64,000 bases of DNA from Thermoleophilia bacterium (GTDB lineage Bacteria > Actinomycetota > Thermoleophilia > Gaiellales > SKUG01). Every line of letters begins with the position of its first letter. The stretch's first letter is position 1. The DNA lies in NCBI GenBank assembly GCA_025964555.1, contig JAOPYQ010000009.1, positions 166,265 to 230,264 of the forward strand. The letters are read 5' to 3'. Below are positions 38,101 through 46,949 of the stretch, in pieces. Under the pieces are notes generated by a model that saw only the letters and a program-made list of their open reading frames with translations, searched no databases and was not told where the DNA came from. Made by a program: the position numbers and the translations under genes.

Positions 38101-40383
38101 ACCCGCACGATCGCGACGCCGGACGTGACGGCGCCTGACCAGCTCGCGCCGATCGCAGTCGGCACAAGGACGAGCTCGACGATCCAGCTGTCCTGGAGTA
38201 CGCCGTTCGACAATGTCGGCGTGACCGGCTATCGGGTCCGGAACGGCGCGTCGCTCCTGTACTCGCCCACCGGCACGAACCAGATCGTCGCCAACCTAGC
38301 CCCGTTGACGCCCTACACCTTTGCGATCGAAGCACGCGACCTTGCCGGTAACTGGTCGACCGCACGCACAGTGTCGACATCCACCCCCGACACGGTCGCG
38401 CCGGCGTCGCCCGCCAACCTGCGGATGACCTCGCGTACGGGTACGAGCATTTCGCTGGAATGGGATCCGGCGAGCGACGACGTCGCGACCGCTGGCTATC
38501 GTCTGTACCAGGTCGTGGCGGGCTCCGATGTCCTCGTCGTCAACAAACCGGGACTGACGCACACGGTAGTCGGCCTGAGCAACGCGACCGCGTATTGGTT
38601 CCGTATCGAGGCGTACGACACCGCCTCGAATACCTCCGGGAAGAGCAGCCTCGCGACGTCTACCCTCGATGCGATCGCGCCGACAACGGCGACCAATCTG
38701 GCACCCTCATCGATCACAGGCACGTCGATGCGCGTGACCTGGGATCCCGCGACTGATCTGGTTGGCGTCACCGGCTACGATCTCGAACGTCTGGTCGGAG
38801 GCAGCTGGACACCGGTCGGATCTCGGTCGCTGGTCCAATTCCGCGACGTCACAGGCCTGACATCGGGCGTGAGCTACTCGTATCGCGTCAGGGCGTTTGA
38901 TGCGGCTGGAAACGCATCGACATCCCCCGAGCTTGCGGTCGCGACGCTCGACACCGTTGCGCCCGGCGTGCCGACATCGCTCGTGGCCTCCAGCCGAACC
39001 GGGTCCTCCTTTCACCTCGCGTGGTCGGCCCCGTCCGACAACGTAGGTGTCGTCGGCTATGTCGTGTATGTGAACAACGTGGCGGTCGGCACACCGACGT
39101 CGACCCAGTTCGACGTGTCCGGCCTGAACCAATCGACGACATACTCAGTTCAGGTTTCCGCCATCGACGGCACGACTCCCGCACCAAACGAGTCCAGCCG
39201 CGCGACGATCTCGGTATCGACGATCGATCCGGGTGACATCACACCACCGACAACACCCTCGCTACCGAGTGCGACAAACGTCACCAACTCGAGCATGCGC
39301 CTTACGTGGAGCCCGTCGACTGACAACAGCGGTGGCATCGATGGGTATCAGGTGCATCGCCTCATGGGGGATGGCGTGTCCTGGCAATACCTGTACTACG
39401 GCCTCGACACCTTCTTCGATCTGTCCGGCCTCGCACCCGGCACGACCTATACATTCAGGATCCGCGCGTACGACTCATCAGGCAACTTCGCAACCACTGG
39501 CAATGTCGTGATCGCGACCGGCGCTGCTGCGGATGCCACGGCACCGACGCAACCAGTCGGGCCCGCCGCGGCGACCGCCACCGAAGATGGCACCGTGAAA
39601 TTGTCATGGGGCGCCTCGACCGATGCCGTCGGCGTCACGGGATATCGCGTCTCGCGCTTGACGGGTGCCGGATACATCCTCCAGGACACGACCCCCGGGA
39701 TCGCCACGACGCTGCTCGGCCAACCCATCGGCACGAATACGACATACGCAATCGCGGCGGTTGATGCCGCCGGCAACATCTCCTCGGCGTTGGTCGTAAC
39801 AGTGACGATTCCGGCACCACCACCACCGCCGCCGATCGCAACACCTGCCTCCGGATTCGCCGCGTCGGTCACCGCGACTCGTGTGGTGCTGTCGTGGCAG
39901 CAAGCCAACAGCGACACCATCGGTTGGCGCGTCGTCGAGCGGCGCAACGGAACGACGATCTCCACCCGCGACGTGATCTCCCCAACCGCGACCTTCGGTC
40001 CGTACGCACCACTCACCAATGTCAGCTACGAGCTGTACACCCGATACGCCGCCAGCACCAGCACCGCTGTCACTCTCGACATCCGTACCGCCGCCGACAC
40101 CGTCAAGCCGACCAAGCCCGGGAAGTTCAAGGCGACCTCGCCGGCCAAGGGCACGCTCGCGCTCTCGTGGACGAAGTCGACCGACGACGTCGCGTTCAAG
40201 GCCTACGAGGTGAAGCTGACCACGAAGGGCGCCAAGCCGAAGGTCGTCAAGCTGCCCGCCAACGCGACCAAGACGAAGGTCGTCAAGCTCAAGGCGAAGG
40301 CCGCCTACAGCGTGCAGATCCGGGCGCTGGATGCGGCCGGCAACGCGTCCGCATGGGTCACGGTGAGCGCACGCACGAAGTAG
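35137..40383 (+). CDS. Secreted zinc metallopeptidase with many FN3 repeats
   Basis: Signal peptide (RRAF, possibly Tat); HEISHNMG...HCND..D.MCY; more than 10 DT..P..P...W....D..GV.GY...A.D.AGN repeats. Confidence 0.85.
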   Translation: MPSASSPRARRAFRFYSLAAATCSLLALVGSSAAFGHAGHVHPTVGPPAPDSLWPGAPAARDAHEQASFQQALQDAPPEVDGECTRAVDIEGVGRGCRTEDGLLRIALADGSDMLTHGPDYVDAATDIEPDTTAPHIASAVQNASKSDISCVTSAEAPTTPHTKLVYAVPADGIDRSATKVPAFRQSTYEASAVIDNTARKLGGTTGRRINVLCDGAGNADVTVLRLPRVSSTYAFDSNAGFGLIRSDIPAQLGIGSATKVRFLVYYDAHLGGFSGIGSLYSDTTAGATNNNNLARAMALQDNSGGSGPSWYVLLHEISHNMGAVQNGMPDANGYTHCNDGRDVMCYAEGAQPYVTTACLELQYDCDADSYFNPVPTGVSPLATNWNSAATYNRYLQSYAAAVDTTPPASPTGLVGSGHGDFYSLSWTGVADPDLHTYRIERDIGGGVWRTVDDSWDGATSVDVTWTGITSSSSHSLRVRAYDMRGNLSAPSNVLSLLPRGSTDGSEPVIGGPAPAPPTNLVVGSTTASSILLQWSKEGSSGSGFELWRYDDAWDEWYRSYWSTGGDAINVTGLTSSARYQFRVRLVDEGGRTSPFADVSGWTTNPADVSAPDMPSGLSITSTVGNVPTVSWNPVPGAADYVVTAELTAGVHTEQAIVSGTTFAVTGFPFGVSGRAIRVSARDESGNRSSFAGTTFSTGTAPDTQSPGAPVLVTRSTIFNTSVAGIDWNGPADSDIAGYRVLAARQSTPFEYQVAATTNASTTIADAVGLVPGTAYNITVETFDTSGYVTRANSTFPVITNADGAAPTTPTGLVASSQTPTSIRLDWAASTDDSGVASYRVYQTSPNAGVVATVTHPTANVTISGLAASTSYTFDVQAVDVADVVSAHSSSVTTSTTASGPDNTPPTTPGTPTASNLAGHGVTLTWTASTDAVGVAGYRVEQTAPVIAQPVLTTTTGLTYDVAPLIDATTYTFRVVAFDAAGNQTPSSTRTIATPDVTAPDQLAPIAVGTRTSSTIQLSWSTPFDNVGVTGYRVRNGASLLYSPTGTNQIVANLAPLTPYTFAIEARDLAGNWSTARTVSTSTPDTVAPASPANLRMTSRTGTSISLEWDPASDDVATAGYRLYQVVAGSDVLVVNKPGLTHTVVGLSNATAYWFRIEAYDTASNTSGKSSLATSTLDAIAPTTATNLAPSSITGTSMRVTWDPATDLVGVTGYDLERLVGGSWTPVGSRSLVQFRDVTGLTSGVSYSYRVRAFDAAGNASTSPELAVATLDTVAPGVPTSLVASSRTGSSFHLAWSAPSDNVGVVGYVVYVNNVAVGTPTSTQFDVSGLNQSTTYSVQVSAIDGTTPAPNESSRATISVSTIDPGDITPPTTPSLPSATNVTNSSMRLTWSPSTDNSGGIDGYQVHRLMGDGVSWQYLYYGLDTFFDLSGLAPGTTYTFRIRAYDSSGNFATTGNVVIATGAAADATAPTQPVGPAAATATEDGTVKLSWGASTDAVGVTGYRVSRLTGAGYILQDTTPGIATTLLGQPIGTNTTYAIAAVDAAGNISSALVVTVTIPAPPPPPPIATPASGFAASVTATRVVLSWQQANSDTIGWRVVERRNGTTISTRDVISPTATFGPYAPLTNVSYELYTRYAASTSTAVTLDIRTAADTVKPTKPGKFKATSPAKGTLALSWTKSTDDVAFKAYEVKLTTKGAKPKVVKLPANATKTKVVKLKAKAAYSVQIRALDAAGNASAWVTVSARTK

Positions 40384-40476
40384 TGCGAATCGCACGGCTC
40401 GCCCGTGCAACGCACGATGCGCCGGGAACCCTCACCTCGGAGTGCGCGCACCTGCGCGAACCCAGGGGGAGGGACC

Positions 40477-40674
40477 ATGCACACGCTGGAAGTCACCGAC
40501 GAGCAGCTCGAGCTGCTCCACCAGTCCGTCAACAGCTGGATCAACTCGTTCAGCCACGACCAGCCCGACGTGCTGCGAGCCGGCAAGGCGCTGCGCGCGA
40601 AGATCGACCACGAGTTGACGCAGTCCTCGACACCGCGCACGCCGATGTCGAGCGACCCGATGTTCGCGCAGTGA
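40477..40674 (+). CDS. Small hypothetical protein
   Basis: GGGAGG RBS; 65 aa MHTLEVTDEQLELL... Confidence 0.6.
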   Translation: MHTLEVTDEQLELLHQSVNSWINSFSHDQPDVLRAGKALRAKIDHELTQSSTPRTPMSSDPMFAQ

Positions 40675-40689
40675 GCCGAACTGCCTGAA

Positions 40690-41712
40690 CTACGGCGCTG
40701 GCTGTGGTGCCGGCGCGGGCTGCGGAGCCGACTGCGGTGGCGGCGGCTGCGTGCCCGGTGCGGTACCGGTCGGCGCGGGCGCAGGCGCCGGCGCCGTCCC
40801 ATCAGGCTTCGGGGCGGGACAGCACGGCTTCGGTGCCACGCCACCAGGCGGGGGCTGCTGACCGATCGGCGGCTGCTGACCGATCGGCGGCGGCGGCACC
40901 GTCCCGTCCGGATTCGGCCTGGGCTGCGTCGCCCCGCCGTCGGGCGGCAGCTGCTGTCCAGGCTGCGGCTGGGGTAGCGGCGCCGTGCCACCATCCGGGC
41001 GCGGCGCGGTGCCAGTGAACGGCTGGTCGCCGTCGGGCACGAACTCCCCATCCATACCCGGCTCGCGCGGCTCTCCAGGCTGCATGCCGTCGCGTCCATC
41101 TCCATCAAGCAGCTTCGGGTCGACCGGCTCCGATTCGTCTGCGTCGCCGGCTCGTCCGCCCGTGCCAGCACCCTCGCCGCGACGTTCATCGCCCGCAGCT
41201 CGCTGCTTCGCCGCCTCGCTCGACTGCGCGTCGCGGCGCACTTCGGCATCCGACCTCGGTTCGGCCGGCACCGGGATCTGCAGCCCACGCGCGGCGGTTC
41301 GCACGATGCGTCCTGCGGGCGTGCGCGTGTCCGCGTAGGCGAGCGTGGTGCACAGCACGACCATGCAGCCGGCGACCATCACGACCCTGCGTGCGCGCCA
41401 TGCGCGTCCGGCGCTCCACCCGGCGCCACGCGCGCCGAGCCCTGCGCCGCGACCGGTACCGCGCAGCACAGATCCGACGAACCCGGCGCCCGAGGCGGCC
41501 TGCTGCTCGTCGCCGACCTGTTCGAGCATCCGACGCCGCACACCGCTCGCGTCCGCCATCTGCTCGCCAGCCATCGTCGCGGCATCTGCCGCGAACAGCT
41601 GGATGACCTCGCCGAGCTCGGATCCGACCAGCTCCGGCGGCAGCGTGCCTCCCTGCTCCAGTGCCAGGTCGAGCTGCTCGTCGAGCCAGCGTGCCGTCGC
41701 GTCATCGCTCAT
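40690..41712 (-). CDS. Putative anti-sigma factor, single TM, Pro/Gln-rich extracellular tail
   Basis: ATGA-coupled to the sigma gene; one TM helix; PPIGQQ repeats. Confidence 0.6.
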   Translation of the reverse strand: MSDDATARWLDEQLDLALEQGGTLPPELVGSELGEVIQLFAADAATMAGEQMADASGVRRRMLEQVGDEQQAASGAGFVGSVLRGTGRGAGLGARGAGWSAGRAWRARRVVMVAGCMVVLCTTLAYADTRTPAGRIVRTAARGLQIPVPAEPRSDAEVRRDAQSSEAAKQRAAGDERRGEGAGTGGRAGDADESEPVDPKLLDGDGRDGMQPGEPREPGMDGEFVPDGDQPFTGTAPRPDGGTAPLPQPQPGQQLPPDGGATQPRPNPDGTVPPPPIGQQPPIGQQPPPGGVAPKPCCPAPKPDGTAPAPAPAPTGTAPGTQPPPPQSAPQPAPAPQPAP

Positions 41713-42341
41713 GCCGCACGCTCCTTTCGTTGCAGCCGCGCGAGACGCTCGAGCGCTCGCATCTGCAGCTGGCGCACCGATGCGGCGCTCTTGCCGAGCT
41801 GCTGTCCGATCTCCTCCGCACCCAGGCCGCCGTAGAAGCGCAACATGAGCACGGACCGCTGATCCTCGGGCAGGTGCTCGAGCAGGCGCTGGATCTCCAT
41901 GCGCTCGATCGACTGCTCCTGGGCGAGCGGCGCGCCACCACGCTCACCGATCTCCGGCACGTCCGCCATCGCAGTCGCGGGGCGGCGCGCACGCGTGCGG
42001 TGCACGGTCATCGCCTGCGAATGGGCGATCGTCAGCAGCCAGCCCAGGAACGGCGCTCCTGTCCACTGGAAGCGGTCGAGCGCGCGCCAGGCGCGCAGGA
42101 ACGTCTCGGAGACGACGTCCTCGGCATCCTCCGGCGAGCACAGTCGCGCCAGGGCCATGCGGTACACGCGTGGGTGGAAACGGTCGTAGAGCACGGCGAA
42201 CGCCAGCCGGTCGCCCTCGCGGGCGCTCTCGACGAGCTCGAAGACCTCGCCCGCGTCGTCGCCGTGGACCTGCAGGCTCTCGCCGCCGTGCGTGGCGCGG
42301 CGGGCGATGCGGGCGGCGAGCCTGTCGAGTCGGTTGCTCAT
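41709..42341 (-). CDS. ECF sigma factor
   Basis: GDRLAFAVLYDR, DAEDVVSETF, LPEDQRSVL.LRF, VRQLQMRAL. Confidence 0.9.
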   Translation of the reverse strand: MSNRLDRLAARIARRATHGGESLQVHGDDAGEVFELVESAREGDRLAFAVLYDRFHPRVYRMALARLCSPEDAEDVVSETFLRAWRALDRFQWTGAPFLGWLLTIAHSQAMTVHRTRARRPATAMADVPEIGERGGAPLAQEQSIERMEIQRLLEHLPEDQRSVLMLRFYGGLGAEEIGQQLGKSAASVRQLQMRALERLARLQRKERAA

Positions 42342-42383
42342 GCGTGCGGAAGCGCGTCTCGCGGGCGGGAGCGCGCACGGGGA

Positions 42384-42410
42384 CATCGTCACGATCGATG
42401 CGGTACTTGA
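42384..42410 (-). promoter_or_regulatory. Sigma28/WhiG-like promoter
   Basis: TCAAG-N15-GACGATG, same boxes and spacing as 27851-27877. Confidence 0.55.
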
Positions 42411-42467
42411 ACCATTCGGCATGTCGACCAGTAACCGCCGGTACGAGTTGGCGTGTGATGTGGAAAT

Positions 42468-42488
42468 TGTTCGGAATGTGTTCGGAAT
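42468..42488. promoter_or_regulatory. Direct-repeat regulator binding site candidate
   Basis: TGTTCGGAAT twice with 11-bp period between divergent genes. Confidence 0.4.
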
Positions 42489-42560
42489 TGGTGAAGACGT
42501 CCTCTGCGCTACCCCGGCATGCGACGCCCCGCGTCAGCACCCTCGGATAGACTGCGAGGC

Positions 42561-42779
42561 ATGACTACGGCTCGATCCAGTCAGGTTTCGGCAGTCGACG
42601 CGGCCTCGGTCGTATGGGAGCGCCGCCGCAAGGCAGCGTGGATCGACTACCTCCGCGTCGTGCGTGAGAGCGCACGCGGCGAGTACGAGGCGGCCGAGGG
42701 CAATGCCTGGGAGACGCTCCAGCGTCGCCTGCGCCGCAACGACCAGTTGCGCGACGAACAGCTCGCTGCCCGCGCCTGA
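42561..42779 (+). CDS. Small hypothetical protein
   Basis: 72 aa, AWIDYL...YEAAEGNAWETLQ; TAGACT -10 before the ATG. Confidence 0.6.
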   Translation: MTTARSSQVSAVDAASVVWERRRKAAWIDYLRVVRESARGEYEAAEGNAWETLQRRLRRNDQLRDEQLAARA

Positions 42780-42961
42780 AGCCACCACCCAACGCACGGA
42801 CAGCGGGTCCGTCGTCTCGTGATGCGCGCTCGACGCGCACCCCACGCATGAATCGCGTGTCGGTCCGTCCCCGATAGACGGGACGTGGGACAGCTGTGCC
42901 CACGCCTCGTGTTGGACGCACGCAGGCGCATGTGGGACGCAGCGGGACGAAAGGACACGGT

Positions 42962-43420
42962 ATGTCCGTGTTTGGAATTACCCTGCCGAAAGCGGCAGCA
43001 ACGACACCGGCGCCTCCGCATGCACCGCATGCCGTGAGTGAAAACCCGAACCGCCTGACCTCGCCAAAGAACCTCGCGCTCGGCGGCATCGCGGCCACGG
43101 GACTCATTGGCGGCAGCATCATCGGAGCGCTCAAGGGCAGCCCGCTCAAGGGCCTGGCCATCGGCGGCGCCGTCGCGGCGGCGGCGCTCGGCGCGGCGCT
43201 CATCGGCAACGCGAGCTCGTCGCAGCGCGATGGGTACTGCGACTACTACGGCGACCCTGACTGCGACTACCCGGGCACGGATCGATACTACCCGCGCACG
43301 GATCCGTACTACCCGCGCACCGACCCGTACTACCCGCCGGCGGATCCCTACTACCCGGACCCGAGCTACCCCGACGGTGGCTACAACAACGGCGGCACGT
43401 CTCCTGGTGACGACTACTAG
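42962..43420 (+). CDS. Gly-rich two-TM protein with Tyr/Pro/Asp repeat tail
   Basis: AAAGGA RBS; two Gly-rich helices; (T/A)D(P/R)YYP repeats. Confidence 0.75.
   Translation: MSVFGITLPKAAATTPAPPHAPHAVSENPNRLTSPKNLALGGIAATGLIGGSIIGALKGSPLKGLAIGGAVAAAALGAALIGNASSSQRDGYCDYYGDPDCDYPGTDRYYPRTDPYYPRTDPYYPPADPYYPDPSYPDGGYNNGGTSPGDDY
43265..43375 (+). repeat. 21-bp coding tandem repeat (xDPYYPx)
   Basis: TDRYYPR-TDPYYPR-TDPYYPP-ADPYYPD. Confidence 0.85.
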
Positions 43421-43431
43421 GAGCTGACGGA

Positions 43432-43881
43432 ATGACGGGTGTCGGGCGGGCAGCTCTCATCACGGCCGGTGCGGCCGCGGCGACCATCGCGGTCGATCGC
43501 GTGCTCAAGGTCGCGGTCGAGCACACCCTCGACGAAGGCGAGCAGGTCAACGGCCCGCTCGGCATCCGGATCCGTCGCCAGCCCAACCGGCACGGCATCG
43601 CGGGGGCGGACCAGGGCAGCGGCGCGAACCTCGCGCTGCTGCTCGCAGGTGGCGCGCTCGCAGTGGGCATCGCCGGCGCTGGAACGATGCTGCGCCGACC
43701 CACGATGCTGCAGGTAGGTGCCGGGATGGTTGCCGGCGCGATGGCGGCGAACCTCGTCGACCGGGCGATGCACGGATCCGTGACGGATTACCTGCCCAGC
43801 CCGCTCGGCGTGGTCAACGCAGCCGACGTCGCGCTCGGAGCCGGCATCGTGCTCGGGGGACTGGGGATGGCACTGCGATGA
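43432..43881 (+). CDS. Signal peptidase II (LspA)-like aspartic peptidase paralog
   Basis: D...K, N..G, ANLVDR, GSVTDY, VNAAD; both catalytic Asp positions present. Confidence 0.75.
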   Translation: MTGVGRAALITAGAAAATIAVDRVLKVAVEHTLDEGEQVNGPLGIRIRRQPNRHGIAGADQGSGANLALLLAGGALAVGIAGAGTMLRRPTMLQVGAGMVAGAMAANLVDRAMHGSVTDYLPSPLGVVNAADVALGAGIVLGGLGMALR

Positions 43882-44795
43882 GCATGCGCACGAACGCATC
43901 AGGATGGCCGGCTGGTCAGCCCTCGTCGTCGTTCGCCGCACCGCAGGGCGCGGACGCGCAACGAGCCCAACCCGAGACACTCGACGAGACGCTCTCGTCG
44001 ACGACCCCCGACCTGCCCAAGAAGGCGAAGACCCTGCAGCCGATCGGCACGCTCGGCTGGAGCCTCGGCATCGGCGCCGGATTCGGCGCGCTCGCGCTTC
44101 GATCCAAGGGCGCCGGCTGGGGCATGGCGGCCCTCGGGTCGGGCGCATCGAAGGGCGCGCTCGTGGGAGCCGGCATCGGTGCCGCCCTGCTCGGCCTCGA
44201 CAAGCTCACCGGCGGGCAGGTCAAGAAGCAGCTCGACTACGTGTCGCTCGATCGTCGCCATCAAATCCTCTTCGTGCTCAAGCACCCGACCAACCCATGG
44301 GTCGCAGGCACGGGGCTGCAGGTCGCCAAGAACGCGCAGGCCACGCAGGACTCGCTCTACGGCCGCTGGGATCCGCTCGACGGTCCGCAGGACGCGTTCC
44401 GCCACACGTACGCGGCGGGGCTGTTCGCGCTGCGCTCGATGCGCGACCACGGCGAGACACCTGCGACCGCGCACGCGCTGGCGATCGAGGCTGGCGAGGC
44501 GCACGAAGCCGACGGCCAGGACAACAACGACGACTTCTCGCGCGGCATGGACACCGCCAACAACCTGACCGGCACGCTCGTGCTCGGCGACGGACGCGCA
44601 TTGCCTGGCGAGGCGGCGGACGCCGACGGCTTCATCACCGAGCAGGCACTGCGTGATCGCGTGCTGCGGGCGATGTTCGCGGGACACCTGCAGGTCGTCG
44701 ACCGCATGGGCGCCACCCCCACACCGCGACCCACGAATGCGGGCGACCTGCCCGGCGTCGCGGCGCCGACACCTGTCATGCAGCCGGCTCACTGA
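43878..44795 (+). CDS. DAFRH-motif (DUF6973-like) membrane-associated protein
   Basis: GPQDAFRHTY...AHE...MDTANN..G; Gly-rich hydrophobic segments; ATGA-coupled. Confidence 0.7.
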   Translation: MSMRTNASGWPAGQPSSSFAAPQGADAQRAQPETLDETLSSTTPDLPKKAKTLQPIGTLGWSLGIGAGFGALALRSKGAGWGMAALGSGASKGALVGAGIGAALLGLDKLTGGQVKKQLDYVSLDRRHQILFVLKHPTNPWVAGTGLQVAKNAQATQDSLYGRWDPLDGPQDAFRHTYAAGLFALRSMRDHGETPATAHALAIEAGEAHEADGQDNNDDFSRGMDTANNLTGTLVLGDGRALPGEAADADGFITEQALRDRVLRAMFAGHLQVVDRMGATPTPRPTNAGDLPGVAAPTPVMQPAH

Positions 44796-44991
44796 CACTT
44801 CGGTGCTCGGACCGCTGGCCGCTTCTCGCTCCGTGCGGCGCGCCGCGCACGGCAGAAGATAGGTAGTTCCGTAGGTAGGTCTCCCCGATGCCGGTCGACA
44901 CCGACTGACGCATGATCAGGGTGTGGACAGGGCGCACCGTGGGGGTTGCGTCAGGCCCACAGGGCATGGATGCCGGACTTGCAATGGGGGA

Positions 44992-45240
44992 ATGGGAATG
45001 AATGATGCACGCTTCGACGGGCCCCGAACCCGCGATGCGTTGGGCGACGCCAGCGCCAGATCCGAAGTGGCCCCGAACCACGAGGATCCAACGCCAGATG
45101 TCGTACCAGCCCGAGATTGGACGCGCACCAAGCGTGGTCGATCTGCAACGTCATGGCTCGTTCACTGGTTCGACGAACAGGGAGCAGTCGTCAGACTGAT
45201 CACGTCCGCCGATCCGGAGCAGCAGGCACATGACGCCTGA
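44992..45240 (+). CDS. Possible small hypothetical protein
   Basis: G-rich RBS; fills an intergenic gap; codon usage atypical. Confidence 0.35.
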   Translation: MGMNDARFDGPRTRDALGDASARSEVAPNHEDPTPDVVPARDWTRTKRGRSATSWLVHWFDEQGAVVRLITSADPEQQAHDA

Positions 45241-45433
45241 ACGCACGTCCGACTGAAGGCCCATCCGTCACGACCCGCTTGCGCGGTGCGTGGCGCGCCC
45301 CGCCAACCAGGAATGATCGAAGTCCCGTCCCGCTCCGACCCGTACGGTCGTTCCGGGATCGGCAGTGCGCGTCACGCATCGCGTGGGGTCCCGACGGGCC
45401 CCGCGCGTTGCTCGTTGGTGGCAAGGCGATCGG

Positions 45434-46309
45434 TCAGGTCATGGCGAGCACCACGACGCCGGCGATCGCGAGCACGACGCCGGCCAGCTGCGTGCGTCCG
45501 AGCTTCTCGCCGAGCACCACGTGCGCGAGCGCGCTCGTCACCGCCGGGTAGAGCGTGCCGAGCACCGCGACGATCTCCAGCTCGCCGAGCGCCGCGGCAA
45601 CCGCGAACGTGAAGTTGGCTCCCGTGTCGAAGAGCCCGATCGCGGCGAAGCCCGCGGCCTGACGCGGGGTCGCGTGCGCCCAGGGCCGCGTGCGCGTGAA
45701 GAGCACGGCGATCGCGAGCGCGGCGAAGCTGCCGACGCGGATGCCGGCGGTGGCGGCCAGCGCGGTGAGCGCGTTGTCGCCGGCGGCGTAGTCCATCGCC
45801 ACGAAGATGATCCCGAACCCGGTCGCGGCGATGAGGCACAGGCCCAGGGTCGCTGGCGCGATGCGGGTGGCGACGTTCGAGTCGTCGTTGGTGCCTTCAC
45901 CGGCGGATGCGAGCACGACGCCGAGGATCGCGAGCACGATGCCGACGAGCACCATCGTCGAGGGTGGCGCGCCCGTGGCGAGTCCCACGGCGACCGGGAT
46001 GAGTACGCCTGCCGCGGCGATCGGTGGCACGACGCTCATCGGTCCGATCGCGAGCGCCTTGTAGAACGCGCCGAGCGCGATCACGCCTGCCATGCCGCCG
46101 CCTGCGCCGATGAGCAGCGCGCGCGGGTCCAGGTCGAGCGCGCCGAGTGCGATCGCGATCGCGACGGCCGACCACACGAGCAGCACCATCGCAGCCTGCG
46201 ACCAGAACAGGACGACGAGCACGGCGTGGTTGCGCGACGCGCGCCCTCCGAGGAAGTCGCCCGTTCCCCAGAGCACGCTCGAGGTGAGTGCCAGCAGCGG
46301 CGCGAGCAT
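45434..46309 (-). CDS. EamA/DMT family transporter
   Basis: WGTGDFLGG, GPMSVVPP, LYPAVT, about 10 TM. Confidence 0.88.
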   Translation of the reverse strand: MLAPLLALTSSVLWGTGDFLGGRASRNHAVLVVLFWSQAAMVLLVWSAVAIAIALGALDLDPRALLIGAGGGMAGVIALGAFYKALAIGPMSVVPPIAAAGVLIPVAVGLATGAPPSTMVLVGIVLAILGVVLASAGEGTNDDSNVATRIAPATLGLCLIAATGFGIIFVAMDYAAGDNALTALAATAGIRVGSFAALAIAVLFTRTRPWAHATPRQAAGFAAIGLFDTGANFTFAVAAALGELEIVAVLGTLYPAVTSALAHVVLGEKLGRTQLAGVVLAIAGVVVLAMT

Positions 46310-46313
46310 GGTG

Positions 46314-46913
46314 TCAGTCGCCGGCGGCGGCGCGCAGCGCCGCCTTGTGCGCGCGCTTCTTCGTCTGGTACGCCTTGAGCGCCTCGGGCGAGTCCACGTC
46401 GCCGAGCGTGCCGTACTCGCTCGTGCTCTGGGTCCAACCGTCGATCGCGACGCCGCACTGCTGCACGAGAATGGACGAGAAGCTCGTCAGCTTGCCCTTC
46501 CCGAGGCCGGGGATCTTCGTGAGGCGACGGCCCAGGTCGTCGATGTCGTCGGCCTCCCACCAGATGCGCGCGGCGTTGCCGCCGTACTCGTCGGTGACGA
46601 TCTGCATCGCCTCGCGCACGCGCTTGGCCATCGCGGACGGGAAGCGGTGCAGCGCGGGCTTGTCGGCGAACGCAGCCTCGAGCTGCTCGAGCGGCATCGC
46701 CGCGAGCTCGGCCGGCTTGAGGGTACCCACGCGATCCTTGAGGTCGGCCGGTCCCTTGAACGCCTTCTGCACCGTGACCTGCTGGTCGAGGATGAACCCG
46801 ATCAGGAAGGCGTTGGGGTCCTGGGCGAGCAGGCGGCAGTGCGCCTCGTCATCGGTCAGCCACAGGTGCTTCGAGGTGGTCGAGGTCTTCGTCGGTACCT
46901 TGGTTCGGGCCAT
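46314..46913 (-). CDS. HhH-GPD-type base excision repair protein
   Basis: LDQQVTVQKAFKGP, PALHRFP.AMA, IPGLGKGK, DVDSPE. Confidence 0.85.
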   Translation of the reverse strand: MARTKVPTKTSTTSKHLWLTDDEAHCRLLAQDPNAFLIGFILDQQVTVQKAFKGPADLKDRVGTLKPAELAAMPLEQLEAAFADKPALHRFPSAMAKRVREAMQIVTDEYGGNAARIWWEADDIDDLGRRLTKIPGLGKGKLTSFSSILVQQCGVAIDGWTQSTSEYGTLGDVDSPEALKAYQTKKRAHKAALRAAAGD

Positions 46914-46949
46914 GCGCCGATGCTACCGCGCCTGCGAGTGCCCCGGGCG

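Noticed and set aside
42962-43420. Classical RiPP cluster
   Set aside because: No radical SAM, P450, YcaO or lanthipeptide enzyme is adjacent; kept only as a protease-substrate hypothesis
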